Assembly (NCBI GenBank): GCA_963699545.1
Contig: CAVOUE010000003.1
Span: forward strand, 384,001-448,000
Reading direction: 5' to 3'
Origin: Nitrospirota bacterium
Lineage (GTDB): Bacteria; Nitrospirota; Thermodesulfovibrionia; Thermodesulfovibrionales; UBA9159
Length of the DNA stretch: 64,000 nt
The position numbers and the translations under genes were made by a program. Below, piece by piece: positions 47,244-60,981 of this stretch (position 1 is its first letter; every line of letters begins with the position of its first letter). The notes under the pieces are model-generated. The model made no database searches and had not been told where the DNA came from. It was given only the letters and a program-made list of their open reading frames with translations.

Positions 47244-50200
47244 CTATGCCTTTTCCACATTGACCATGAAGGCCTTTGATTCAGGTATGCTTGTGTTCGG
47301 ATCTCCGATGAACGGAGTCAAGAGATTGGCGCTGTCCCCGCCGCTTCCGTCCACCGGGAACTGCCAGCCGAAATGCCACGGCATACCGACCTGATGGATC
47401 GTCTGGTTCATGACCTTGAACGGTTTGAATCGGTCTGTGACCACTGCAACGGCCCAAAGGCTTCCACGGCCTGATGAGACCTTAACCTTGTCACCGTTCT
47501 TGATCCCCTTTTCAGCCGCGAGCTCCTTGCTCATCTCCACAAACATCTGTGGCTGCATCTCAAGAAGCCATGGAGTATGCCTCGTCATTACACCCGTCTG
47601 CCAGTGCTCCGTGACCCTATAGGTGGTGGCAACATACGGATAGCGCACATCACAACTAAAGTGGGAGGCCATTTGCGCCAGCGGAGTTGCCGTGGGATTT
47701 ATCCTTCGCTTTTTGGACATCGGGTTTTCCTGAATCGGGCATTCCAGCGGTTCGTAGTGCTCAGGAAATGGCCCGTCAGCAAGGCCCGGTCCGAAGATCG
47801 AAGCGATTCCATCCGGCTTCATGATGAAAGGCAGCTTTCCGCCCTTGTCGTCTGATAGTGGTGGAGCAGGACCATCCGGTATGTCACCTTCCCAGACACC
47901 TGGTTTATTTGTGGCAGGGTTCACCTTGGTGGGGTTCCATTTCAGGACAGCCCGCTTGGGATCCCAGGGATTTCCATTCGGGTCGACCGAGGCCCTGTTA
48001 TAGATGATCCTTCTGTTCAACGGCCAGGCCCATGCCCAGTTCGGGATAGAGCCCAAGGCCGGTAGGATCTTCCTTACCTCTTCTGGCCATCATGTTTATG
48101 ACCTTATCGTCTTTCTGGGTGTAGCTTCCGGAGTATAACCAGTTACCGCAAGAGGTCGTACCATCTGCCTGGAGGGTCACGAAATTTGTGACGAGTTGCC
48201 CTTTCTTTCCGATGAGCTTGGGCGGGTCAACCTTCTTGTCGTAGATATCTTCAAGATAGTATCCGTTGATCTCTTTTGCCACACGGTGGATATCGAAATG
48301 CTCTATCTTGCCGTCCTTGTTCTTTTCACCGTAATCCCAGGTCAGGTTAAGGATCGGCGCAGGGAACTTCCCTTTCTCTTTCTGGTAGAGCTTCTTCACC
48401 CTGTAGTACAGCTCGTTCATGATCTCCGAGTCTGGCATGGATTGTCCGATAGGCTTAATGGCCGCTGTCCTCCACTGGGCAAGGCGGCTGGAATTGCTGA
48501 TACTGCCCTCTTTTTCCACAGAGGAGCAGCAAGGGAGCATGAACACCTCTGTCTGGATATCCTCCGGTTTCATGTCAGGCCCTTTCCAGAAGGAGGCGGT
48601 CTCGTTGTCGTAAAGATTCACGTTAACGAGCCACTTCAGCTTTGAGAAAACCTGTCTGACCTTGCCCGCGGCAGCAGATGAACAGGCGGGGTTCTGCCCC
48701 CAGGCAAAGAAACCTTCAAACTTCCCCATGCCCATCTCAAGAAAGAGTCTGAGCCATGAGGCATTCATCCCCTCGTCAAGTTTGGGCAGCCAGGCATAAC
48801 CAAAATCATTGTCCTTGGTCGCCTTATCTCCATAAATCGCCTTGAGGTAGCTCGTGATGTATTTGGGTCTGTTCCCCCACCAGTTCACGCTCTTCGGCTC
48901 TTTTGTCTTGGGCGTGTACTTTTCGACGTAGGCCTTGAGGTCCACAAGCGAAGCAGTGGGCGTGGGGTTATACCCTGTAAGGATATGGAAGAGGAGGCCA
49001 TAGTCAGTCGAGCCCTGGACGTTTGATTCGCCCCTCATTGCATTTACTCCACCCCCTGCAATACCCATGTTGCCGAGCAGGAGCTGGACTATGCAGAAAG
49101 GCCCTGATATTCTGGACACCCACGGTATGCTGGGTCCATCCCATGGCATAGCACTCGGTTCCGGCCCTGTCACGCTTTCCTGTTGAAGCATAGGTCTTGT
49201 ATACCTCAATGAGCTTCTCCTTTGGTGTTCCGGTAATGCTGGAAACCATATCGGGCGTATAACGGGAAACGTGCTTCCTCAGGATCTGGTACACGCAGCG
49301 GGGGTCTTTCAGGGTCAGGTCTCTCTTAGGGAGACCCTTCTCGTCCATCTGGAATGTCCAGGTCTTCTTGTCGTACTTATTCGTCTTCTCATTAAATCCG
49401 GAAAAGACGCCGTCAAGCTCTCCCGGCATCTTGAAATCCGGATTCACCAGAAAGGAGGCGTTGGTATAGTTGACCACATAGTCTCTGAAGATGAGGTTAT
49501 TGTCGATAATGTATTTGATCATCCCGCTGATAAAGGCGATGTCTGTGCCCGAACGGAGAGGGGCATAGATATCAGCCTTTGCAGCGGTCTGTGTAAAGCG
49601 GGGATCTACGACGATGAGCTTTGCACCCTTCTCCTTCGCCTCGCATGATCCACTTCATGGATATGGGATGATTCGAGGCAGGGTTTGAACCCATGACGAG
49701 GATGACATCAGCGTTCCTGAGATCAACCCAGTGGTTTGTCATTGCACCGCGACCGAACGACTCTCCCAGAGCCGCTACAGTGGGCGAGTGTCATATTCGG
49801 GCCTGATGCTCTATATAGACCAGGCCCCAGGAGCGGAGCATCTTTTGCAGGACATAGCACTCTTCGTTATCCAGGGCAGCGCTTCCCACATGGGCAATGC
49901 CGTCGGTCCTGTTCACCACGAATTCCTTCTCGACATCGACCTCCACCTCAACGGGCAAGCCGCCTTCCTTCGTGCCCGGTTCAGTCTTCTTTTCCTTCAC
50001 TTTTGATTTGGCTTTTTCCTTGAACGTCCTGTCTCTCGTGTCCTTGATCTTTCGTGCAATCTGATCAAGGGCCCAGTCCCATTCGACCTCTTTCCACGCT
50101 GTTGCACCAGCGGCCCGATACAGTGGCCTTGTCACTCTCAGAGGATTGTTCACCATCTGGTAAAGTGATGCCCCTTTCGGACAAAGCGTCCCTTCACTGA

Positions 50201-50426
50201 TGGGGTGCTCAGGATCGCCTTCCGTATTGATGACCTTCCCGTCCTTTACATGGACCATGATGCCGCAGCCCACGGAACAGTAAGGACATATGGAGAAAGA
50301 CTCCTTTGCATCTTTGATGCGCAGTGTCTGCGCATATGCCTTTGCAGGGTCCAGGTCTACCGCTAAAGACCCCAGCGCCAATGCTCCTCCCGAAAGCTTC
50401 AGGAAATTGCGGCGTGATACATTCAT
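47244..50426 (-). CDS. fdnG: Selenocysteine formate dehydrogenase alpha subunit (Sec TGA at 49791-49793; several frameshifts)
   Basis: Tat signal SRRNFLK; CPYCSVGC; EHQARI-TGA-HSPTVAALGESFGRGAMTNHW; RGESNVQG; WPLNRRIIYNRAS. Confidence 0.95.
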
Positions 50427-50642
50427 AAGCCCCTCCTCATTATAGAGATCAGCACTGCAACTAAGAAATGCACCAGATGCGTCCTGATATATTACAACAC
50501 TCTTTTCGTTTCCGTGTCGCGGGTTTTTCTTGTCTTATAGATATAAGGATAGCGTGGTTTGCGAATTCGCCAACATAACGATTGCCATTAAGGGACCACA
50601 TGGAATTACTAATAAAAAGTATATTCTGATTCTATGAGCCTG

Positions 50643-52736
50643 TCAAGCGTTTTCTTCTGTCTTCTTTGCCTCTTTCTCTGCAACAATCTTTTGTGCCAAG
50701 TGCCCCGGCACCTCCTCATAGTGGGAGAATTCCATAGAGTACAGTCCTCTTCCGGAGGTGATACTCTGGAGCTGGTTCGCATACGTCAGCATCTCGGACA
50801 TGGGCACCAGCGCGCCAATCTTCTGGTTCCCTCCTGCCTGAGGTTCCACCCCCTGAACCTTTCCTCTCTTGGAATTCAGGTCTCCGATGACTCCGCCCAA
50901 TGTATCGTCAGGAGTGGTGACTTCTACTTTCATGATAGGCTCAAGGAGAACCGGTCTCGCCTCAAGGAAAGCCTTTTTCAGCGCCATCGACCCTGCTATC
51001 TTGAAAGCCATTTCTGAAGAATCCACCGAATGGTAGGAGCCGTCATACAACGTAACGCGCATATCAATGACAGGATACCCTGCAATGATGCCTTCTTTCA
51101 TTGTCTCTACAATTCCCTTTTCAACTGCCGGCCTGTACTGCTGCGGAATCACCCCCCCCACTATCTTATCGGAAACTCATATCCGCTGCTTCTGGGCAGG
51201 GGTTCTATTGCAATCCAGCAGTCTCCGTACTGTCCCCTTCCGCCTGACTGTTTTTTGTACCTGCCCTGAGCCTTCGCGGACGCTTTTATGGTTTCACGGT
51301 ACGGTATTTTTGGGGTTTTCATTATGACCTCAACTCCGAATTTCCTCTTCAGTCTTTCGAGGGTCACTTCGAGGTGAACCTGGCCCATACCGGAGAGGAG
51401 CATCTCCTTTGTCTCCTCGTCCCTGTGAAATTTCAGGGTGGGGTCTTCTTCCAGCATTCTCTGGAGACCGGAGCTGACCTTCTCCTCGTCCCCCTTGCTT
51501 TTCGGAGCAATAGCATAGGAAATGATCGGTTCGGCAAACTTTACCTTTTCAAACACGATGGGATGGGACTCATCGGAAAGGGTATCCCCGGTATCGGTAT
51601 CCTTCAGCTTTGCCACTACTCCGATCTCGCCAGGCCCAACGACTGCGCCGGGACCTGTTTTTTCCCGAGGAGGTAGAACACCTGGCCGATCCGTTCCTTT
51701 GTCCCTGAAGAGGCGTTCAGTGCAGAGGAGTCAGCCTTGAGGGTTCCTGAATATACCCTGAATAGGGAGAGCTTTCCTGCAAAGGGGTCTGCGATGGTCT
51801 TAAAGACGTACGCGGAAAAAGGCTCTTTTTCATCGAGTTTTCTCTCTACTTCCTTTCCATCCTTCGGATTCTTCCCTTGATGGGTGATATCCTTGCCATT
51901 TCCGCGGTGAGGGCAGACAGAGCACTAGGTGTTGAGAAGCTCTGTAATCCCGATATTCCTTGTCGCGGAACCGCAGGTAACAGGGATAAACTTGCGGGTT
52001 ATGGAACCTTCTTTGATTCCCTTAATGATCTCTTCGGGTGTTAGTTCACCCCCCTCCAGGTATCTCTCAAGCAGCGCTATCGTCCGATTCTGCGATCTTT
52101 TCGACAAGCTTTTTTCGGTACCCCTGTGCCTCTGCGAGAAGTTCGGGGGGAATTTCCATCTCGATTTGCTACCGGCTGAAACTTATTGCCTTCATCGAGA
52201 TGAGGTCGATAATCCCTGAAAATGTTTCTCCCAGTGCCTACGGGCATTTGCAGCGGTAATCGCCTCCGCGTCGAACGATTTCTCTATTTCGGAATAGCGC
52301 CATGGAGAAATTTGCGTTTTCCTTGTCCATCTTGTTTATAAACACTATGCGCGGGATCTCGTATTCGCATGCAAATTTCCATATCTTTTCTGTTTCTGCC
52401 TTGACGCCTGAAATCGCACTTACGATCACCACTGCCCCGTCAACCGCCCTCAGACAGCCCCTGGTGTCTTCAATGAAGTTGATAAACCCCGGGGTGTCGA
52501 CAAGATTGATTCGGTGGTTGTTCCAGCTACAAAAGGACAGTGATGAAGTGATGGTTATTTTCCGTCGCAATCTCCTCCGGCTCGAAGTCGGTGGTGGATG
52601 TCCCGCTGTCGACAGAGCCCAAACTGTCGACAGAGCCGGAAACGAATAACAGAGCCTCGGTCAGAGAGGTCTTTCCCGCGCCTCCATGGGCGATCACCGC
52701 CACATTGCGAATTTTGTTCACATCAAAATTAGCCAT
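50643..52736 (-). CDS. fusA: Elongation factor G paralogue (EF-G2 type; multiple frameshifts)
   Basis: [56 protein letters not shown]. Confidence 0.9.
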
Positions 52737-52792
52737 TTGATCCCCCTCCAGTTATAGTAGTCTTCTGATATGATGAGCGGTTCGCTGCTTTC

Positions 52793-53217
52793 TTATTCTT
52801 CCAGTACCTCTTCAACAACCGGCATATATGAGGTGTTCCTTTCCATCCTTGTACTCCATATCTTGACTGTAACAAAGGCCAGGATGAATGCACCGAACCC
52901 AAAGAGCGCAGAAACGATATCAGGGTCCAGGGAGTGAAAAAAGCGACTGAAAATTTCCTTTCCCGCAACTGCACCTATGATTAATGAAAGCGCGGGAAGG
53001 CCATATACAATGAGTGATCCTCTCAGATAGGAATAGGGCTTCAAGGCAACCCGCACTTTTTGACCCGTCATAGCCTTTGCCCGGTTGATGGCTTCGAGTT
53101 CCGCCCCTGCATCAGTGATTTTGCATCCTGCAGTGCATTGCTCACAGGCGGATTTTCTTTCCACTGACACTATTGCCAAAATACCTTGGTGCTTTTCACC
53201 ACGCCTATTTCATCCAT
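52793..53217 (-). CDS. RseC/MucC-family membrane protein (5' frameshift)
   Basis: RKSACEQC..GC, GQKVRV, SLIVYGLP, two TM segments. Confidence 0.8.
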
Positions 53218-53295
53218 TCTTAAAACCTTGAAAGTGAAATCAGTGATGCGGAAGGGGGAGCAGAGCAGACGGCTTCATCTCCCTCAATTTCTGTG

Positions 53296-53649
53296 TTACG
53301 GCATCACTATCGTGTTATTCGCAGAAAGACGTACGATTCTTGGCCTGAAATCCCTTACCTCATTCTCTTCAAAATACCCATAAGAGAAAATAATAACCCT
53401 ATCGCCCACAACTCCCTTTCTCGCGGTGGGTCCATTGAGGCACACCTTGCCACTTCCGCTTTCTCCTGGAATCGCATAGGTTTCAAATCGTTCGCCATTG
53501 TTCAGGTTACTCACCATCACCAGCTCATAGGGAAGTATGCCGGCCTCTCTCAATAACTGCTCATCTATAGTGATGCTTCCCTCGTATTCCAGGTTTGACT
53601 CGGTAACCGTGGCCATGTGTATTTTTGCTTTCAGCATGCATCTGAACAT
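53296..53649 (-). CDS. panD: Aspartate 1-decarboxylase
   Basis: MLKAKIHMATVT...YEGSITID...NGERFETY...CLNG. Confidence 0.95.
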   Translation of the reverse strand: MFRCMLKAKIHMATVTESNLEYEGSITIDEQLLREAGILPYELVMVSNLNNGERFETYAIPGESGSGKVCLNGPTARKGVVGDRVIIFSYGYFEENEVRDFRPRIVRLSANNTIVMP

Positions 53650-53653
53650 ATCG

Positions 53654-53935
53654 TTATTCAATAATCTTCGGTACCCGGTAGAAGTCGCCAGCCCTGTCAG
53701 GGGCATTCAGGAGGGCCTCGTCCGTGCAGCAGGGAGGGGCTCACTTGTCTTCCCTCACCACATTACGAATGGTGACTACATGGGATGTGGGCTCAATCCC
53801 GGAGGTGTCAAGTTCATTAAGCTTTTCGACATAGGTGAGAATACTGCTAAGCTGAGCGCCGAACTTCTCCTCTCTTCCGAGTCGGTAAGGCGGAGCCTCG
53901 CAAGCTGTGCAATATGTTCAACGTCAAGCTTTTAC
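53654..53935 (-). CDS. gatC: Asp/Glu-tRNA amidotransferase subunit C (frameshifted, not in ORF track; start approximate)
   Basis: Manual translation: DVEHIAQLARL / QLSSILTYVEKLNELDTSGIEPTSHV / ALLNAPDRAGDFYRVPKIIE*. Confidence 0.85.
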
Positions 53936-53968
53936 GTCTCCTTCAAGGACTGGATTCTTTGTGGCTTC

Positions 53969-56081
53969 TCACAGTTTTTGGAGATTGGCGAACCTCAAGA
54001 CGAGCTTCTTAATCCCAATGCTCGGGAAGTTAACCATTACCTTTTGCTCATCACCGTCACCGTAACAATCCCGGACCACGCCCATTCCCCACTTGGGATG
54101 TTTCACCCTGCACCCTGCCATATACGGGAAGAGAGGCTTTTTCGAAGTCTGCGCCGGGGGGTGCGAGACCGGGTGGCAGGAGTCCCCTGGTTTTCTCTAT
54201 CCACTCGCAGCATTTCTTCGGGATATCGGCAAGGAAACGGGATGCCTCCTGGTCTTGAAACTTTGCGTACAACCTCCTCTTGCTCGCCCCGGTAAGCCAG
54301 AGGATATCCTTTGCCCGTGGTCATCCCGACATAAAAGAGCCGGCGCTCTTCGTGGATTTCATCCTCATTGTCGAGGGCCTTAAAAAACGGGAGCACGCCC
54401 TCCTCCAGACCGATAATAAACACCACGGGAAACTCGAGACCCTTTGCACTGTGGAGCGTCATGAGAGTCACTGTATTGTCTCTGGCCGAATCGTCCAGAT
54501 TGGTGAAGAGTGATACCTTGTCAACGAAGTCCTTTATCTCGGTTTCTGCAGCGGAAGCGATGAGTTCATTAGATGTTGCATTCTGTCATTATTGAGCAAA
54601 CTCCTCATAGGCTGATTTTTCCATGATATCCTGTATCATGTCCGAGGCGGTTTTGTATTTCTTGGCTGCCATCCGCTCGATGAGTTTGATAAAACCTCCG
54701 AGCCTTTCCTTTACTGCCGAAGTAACCCCGTTTGCCTTTACCGTCGACTTCATCACTTCGTATAGGCTTCACGACTTCTTCTTTGCCTCATTCTCGATCT
54801 TCGAGAGCGTGGCAGCGCCGATTCCCCGGGGGGGGCAATTTATGATCCGTCTGCAGGCTCACATTGTCAGTTTGATTCAGGACGAGACGCAGGTAGGCGA
54901 TAATATCCTTGATCTCCTTTCTCTGGTAAAAACTGATTCCACCCACGATATGATAGGGGATCCCTTCGTCCCTTCAATGCGTCTTCGACCGCCCTTGACT
55001 GGATGTTGACCCGGTAGAGCACCGCAAAGTCGCTGAACTCGATACGCCTCCTTTCAGATAGAGTTCCTTTATCGTCTTTGCGATGTGTCTGGCCTCTTCG
55101 TCCTCGTTGTTGAGCCAGCAATGGTAGACCCGGTCTCCGCCTTCTCTCCCCGTCCACAGCTTTTTCGGTTTTCTCACCGGATTCTTAGAGATGACGGCAC
55201 TGGCAACATCCAGTATGTTCTGGGTGGAACGGTAGTTCTGTTCCAGACGGATGACCTTGGTGCCGGGGAAATCTTTCTCAAACCTGAATACATTACCGAC
55301 ATCGGCGCCCCTGAACCGGTAAATGCTCTGGTCATCGTCGCCAACGACCGAAATATTCCTGTGGCCCGAACCGAGCAGCTTTAATAGTTGGTACTGGGCG
55401 TAATTCGTATCCTGGAACTCATCAACCAGGATGTAGGAGAAGAAATTCCGATATTTCTTCAGGATCTCCGGGTGTCGCTCAAAAAGCGTAACGGCAAGCC
55501 CGATGAGGTCGTCAAAATCCAGGGCATTACACCGCTTCAATTCATCCTGATACCGGATATATACCTTTGCCAGTTTTTCATCAAATCCGAAGCCGTCACC
55601 CGTTGAAAGGAACTCCTCCGGCCCTATGAGGCGGGACTTCAGGGAGCTTATCTTCGCAGCCACGCCTTTGTAGAGGGCCTCATGAAATCTGAACTCCCTC
55701 AGGATATGCCGTATCAGCGTGCAGTGGTCGTCGTCGTCGTAGATCGAAAAATCGGGCTTGTACCCGAGCGCGCGTATTTCCTTTCGGAGCAGCCTGTTGC
55801 ACTGTGAATGGAACGTCCCGATCCAGGAGCCGTCCATGTCCTTTCCCGACAGGGAGGTAATCCTCTCCTTCATCTCATCTGCAGCCTTATTTGTGAAGGT
55901 GAGGGTAAGGATGGACGTCAGGCGAGAACTTCCTTGATTTCACGAGGTGCGCGAATTTGTGAGCGATGACCTTTGTCTTGCCGCTTCCTGCGCAGGCGAG
56001 AACAAGCAGAGGACCTTCCGTATAGAGAAGGGCTTCGCGCTGCTGGGGATTAAGGCCTTCCAATAAGCTTTCCTTTGACAT
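53969..56081 (-). CDS. pcrA: UvrD/PcrA DNA helicase (multiple frameshifts)
   Basis: [60 protein letters not shown]. Confidence 0.92.
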
Positions 56082-56186
56082 CTCGACTCCTTAGTATAGT
56101 AACAAAACCGGGCCGTATGCGTCAAAGAGAGGACACAGAGCAGGGAACGAAGAGCAGCTTCCGCTCCGTATGGTGTGGCCCGATTT

Positions 56187-58016
<1,830 letters not shown>

Positions 58017-58039
58017 AATCAGTAATCAGCAGTCAGCGT

Positions 58040-59512
58040 TCAGCAATCAGGGAAGAAGAATCCTCTTCCCTGCCTCTTGCAAACGGTTATTGCTTTTTTC
58101 CTTCTTCCTCCTTTTGTCTTTGCTGAGGACCGAGAGCTGTGACCCAGGTGCTTTCTCTTAAGTGCCCATCCTTCAATGGTCTTCTGACTTGTCCTGCTGA
58201 TGGCGAGGGACAGGGGAGGGACATCCTGGGTTATCGTGGAGCCTGCCCCAACGTAGGCGCCCCTTCCGATACGTACAGGGGCTACCAGTTGGGTATCGCT
58301 GCCGATAAAGACCCTATCTGCAATTTCCGTTACGTGTTTTCTCGCTCCGTCATAGTTGCAGGTGATGGTTCCCGCTCCGATGTTCACATCCTTTCCTATT
58401 ATCGCGTCCCCCAGATAACTCAGATGGGATGCTTTACTTGCCTTACCGATGACCGACTTCTTCAGCTCCACGAAATTGCCGACCCTGGCTTCGCACCCTA
58501 TGTCGGAACCGGGCCGAAGGCGGGCAAAGGGGCCCACGGATGCCCTGTCTCTAACCCGGGAGTCTTCTATGACGGTGGAATCCATGATCACGACGTCGTT
58601 CCCGATCTCGCTGTTCCGGATCCGCACGTTCGGATAGATTGTGGACCTTCTTCCTATCTTCGTATGTCCCTCAAGGTAGACGTTGGGATAGAGCGTGGTC
58701 TCCTCCCCGATGGATACGTCGGGATGGATAAAGACAGAACCGGTATCGAGAAAAAAGACTCCCCTGTCAACCCATTTGTCGACAATCTGCTTTTTCATCA
58801 GGCGGGATGCCTCGTACAGTTCTCTCCTCGTGTTTACGCCCATGAATTCATCTTCTGCGCCGATGCTATAGGCAGCGGTTCGCAGTCTTTTTCTCAGGGC
58901 CGCGGCAACAATATCAGTGAGGTAATATTCGCCTTTTGACCTGTTCATCCTTATCCCGTCCAGGACACGAAGGGCATCAGGCTGCAAGGCATAGACGCCG
59001 CTGTTCACCTCGCGAATCTCTTTCTGTGATGCGGCCGCGTCGTTCTGCTCCACTATCCCCACGACCCGACCTGAAGCATCCCTGACGATTCTGCCATAGC
59101 TGTCCGGATTGGCCGCTTCAAACGAGAGTACGGAAACGGCATTCGTATCTCTCCTGTGGAGACGCAGAAATTTTCTTATCGTGTCGGACCGTACCAGGGG
59201 AGAATCACCGTTCAACACCACTATGGTCCCCTTTGCGCCCTTCAGCGCAGGTCTTGCGCATTGAAGCGCGTGGCCGGTACCCCGGGCTTTCTTCTGTACC
59301 GTAAACACCAGATCTTCGTCTTTCATCGCTTCCTTTATGCGTTCCTGATGTTTTCCGGCCACAATGACAATTCTATCCGGTTTCAGCTTTTTCGCCGTGC
59401 TGACAACAGCCCGGAGCATAGAAATTCCGCATACTGTATGCAGTACCTTCGGCAGCGCTGACTTCATCCTTGTGCCGTGACCTGCTGCAAGGATAACGCA
59501 GGAAAGATTCAT
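58040..59512 (-). CDS. glmU: Bifunctional GlmU
   Basis: ILAAGHGTRMKS, GEYYLTD, VGPFARLRP, HLSYLGDA, GAGTITCNYDG. Confidence 0.96.
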   Translation of the reverse strand: MNLSCVILAAGHGTRMKSALPKVLHTVCGISMLRAVVSTAKKLKPDRIVIVAGKHQERIKEAMKDEDLVFTVQKKARGTGHALQCARPALKGAKGTIVVLNGDSPLVRSDTIRKFLRLHRRDTNAVSVLSFEAANPDSYGRIVRDASGRVVGIVEQNDAAASQKEIREVNSGVYALQPDALRVLDGIRMNRSKGEYYLTDIVAAALRKRLRTAAYSIGAEDEFMGVNTRRELYEASRLMKKQIVDKWVDRGVFFLDTGSVFIHPDVSIGEETTLYPNVYLEGHTKIGRRSTIYPNVRIRNSEIGNDVVIMDSTVIEDSRVRDRASVGPFARLRPGSDIGCEARVGNFVELKKSVIGKASKASHLSYLGDAIIGKDVNIGAGTITCNYDGARKHVTEIADRVFIGSDTQLVAPVRIGRGAYVGAGSTITQDVPPLSLAISRTSQKTIEGWALKRKHLGHSSRSSAKTKGGRRKKAITVCKRQGRGFFFPDC

Positions 59513-60123
59513 TCCTTCGCCCCGACAATCTTCTGCGGTGTGGCGATCCCCCCTGAAAGTATGATCTTGATACCTTCCTCTATGGGGATATCGGTATAGA
59601 AGACATCTTCTCCCTGAAAAAGGATCACCTCGCCGAGGTAGAGGTTGTTTGTCGGAATATACACCGCCCTGAAAGACGTTTCCTCCCCCTTGTCTTCGGA
59701 TCGTACGGAGCATTCCTTGGTGAGGAAGCCGAAGGCAAAGGCCCCCTGCCGGGGGTATTCGACGATCACGAATTTCTTGAAAGATCCGGTATTCTCGGGA
59801 GAAAAAGCATTCGCAAGTTGCTTCAGGCCCGTATAAATGCCCTTAAAGAGGGGATCTTGTGGAGAAACATATCCACTATCCCTATCATCCTCTTCCCTAT
59901 GACGTTTGTGGAGAACAAAGCCTACAAGGAACACAGCGGCGATGGCAGAGATAAATCCGAGGCCCGATACGTGGTATCCAAGCACCTTATCAAACAGAAA
60001 ACCCAGTTGATCATCCACAAAATTGAAAAACCATGCAATTACCTTAAGGGTGAGTATTACGGGGATGAGGACGACCAGCCCGGCGAGAAATTTTCTTTTC
60101 AGGATGGTACGGAAAGGGGCCAT
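59509..60123 (-). CDS. DUF502-family membrane protein
   Basis: FLAGLVVLIP, VEYPRQG, VYIPT, EEGIKIILSGG. Confidence 0.82.
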   Translation of the reverse strand: MAPFRTILKRKFLAGLVVLIPVILTLKVIAWFFNFVDDQLGFLFDKVLGYHVSGLGFISAIAAVFLVGFVLHKRHREEDDRDSGYVSPQDPLFKGIYTGLKQLANAFSPENTGSFKKFVIVEYPRQGAFAFGFLTKECSVRSEDKGEETSFRAVYIPTNNLYLGEVILFQGEDVFYTDIPIEEGIKIILSGGIATPQKIVGAKE

Positions 60124-60124
60124 A

Positions 60125-60879
60125 TTACTTGCTGGCCTTTGTCATAACCTCGTCGGGAATGTCAAAATTAGCATAGACATTCTGGACATCCTCATTTTCC
60201 TCAAGAACTTCCATGAGTCTCATCATCTGCTCCGCCGCCTTCTCATCGAGAGGGACGTAGCTCTTGGGAAGCATTGTTGTTTCTGCAAGGGAAACAGGAA
60301 TGCTTGCGCTTTCGACCGCACCCTTTATGCTGCTGAGGTCTTCGGGAGCGGTAATGATCTCGAAGTTGTCTTCCCTTGGGTCATTCCTCATATCCTCGGC
60401 ACCGGCGTCAAGAGCGACGGTCATGAGGGTCTCCTCGCTGACCTTGGACTTATCTACGAGGATATATCCTTTCTTCTGGAACATCCATGCAACACAGCCC
60501 GCTTCCCCCATATTCCCGCCGTGTTTTGACATGAGATGCCGGATCTCGGAAACCGTTCTGTTCTTGTTATCCGTAAGGACCTCGATAAGCACCGCCACCC
60601 CGCCCGGTCCGTACCCCTCGTAGATGAATTCCTCATAGGAGATCCCGGGGAGTTCTCCGGTGCCTTTCATAACGCCCTTTTGACGTTATCCTGGGGCATA
60701 TTCACTTCTTTCGCCTTTTCAATGGCAAGCCGCAGCCTCGGGTTACCAGTGGGGTCACCCCCTCCGAGCCTTGCGGCAACGGATATTTCTTTGACGATCT
60801 GGGTAAAGACTCTTCCTTTCTTTGCGTCGGTATGGGCTTTCTTATGCTTTATCTGTGCCCACTTGGAATGTCCTGACAT
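60125..60879 (-). CDS. yebC: YebC/PmpR-family protein (frameshift near 60675)
   Basis: [37 protein letters not shown]. Confidence 0.93.
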
Positions 60880-60981
60880 TCAATGCCCTCCATCTATCTC
60901 TTGTGCAGTAATTCAATAGTACGGGTTCTGCCGGGGAAATGGGTGAATATAACATTTTACCATACAAGCAAGGCCTTTGTC

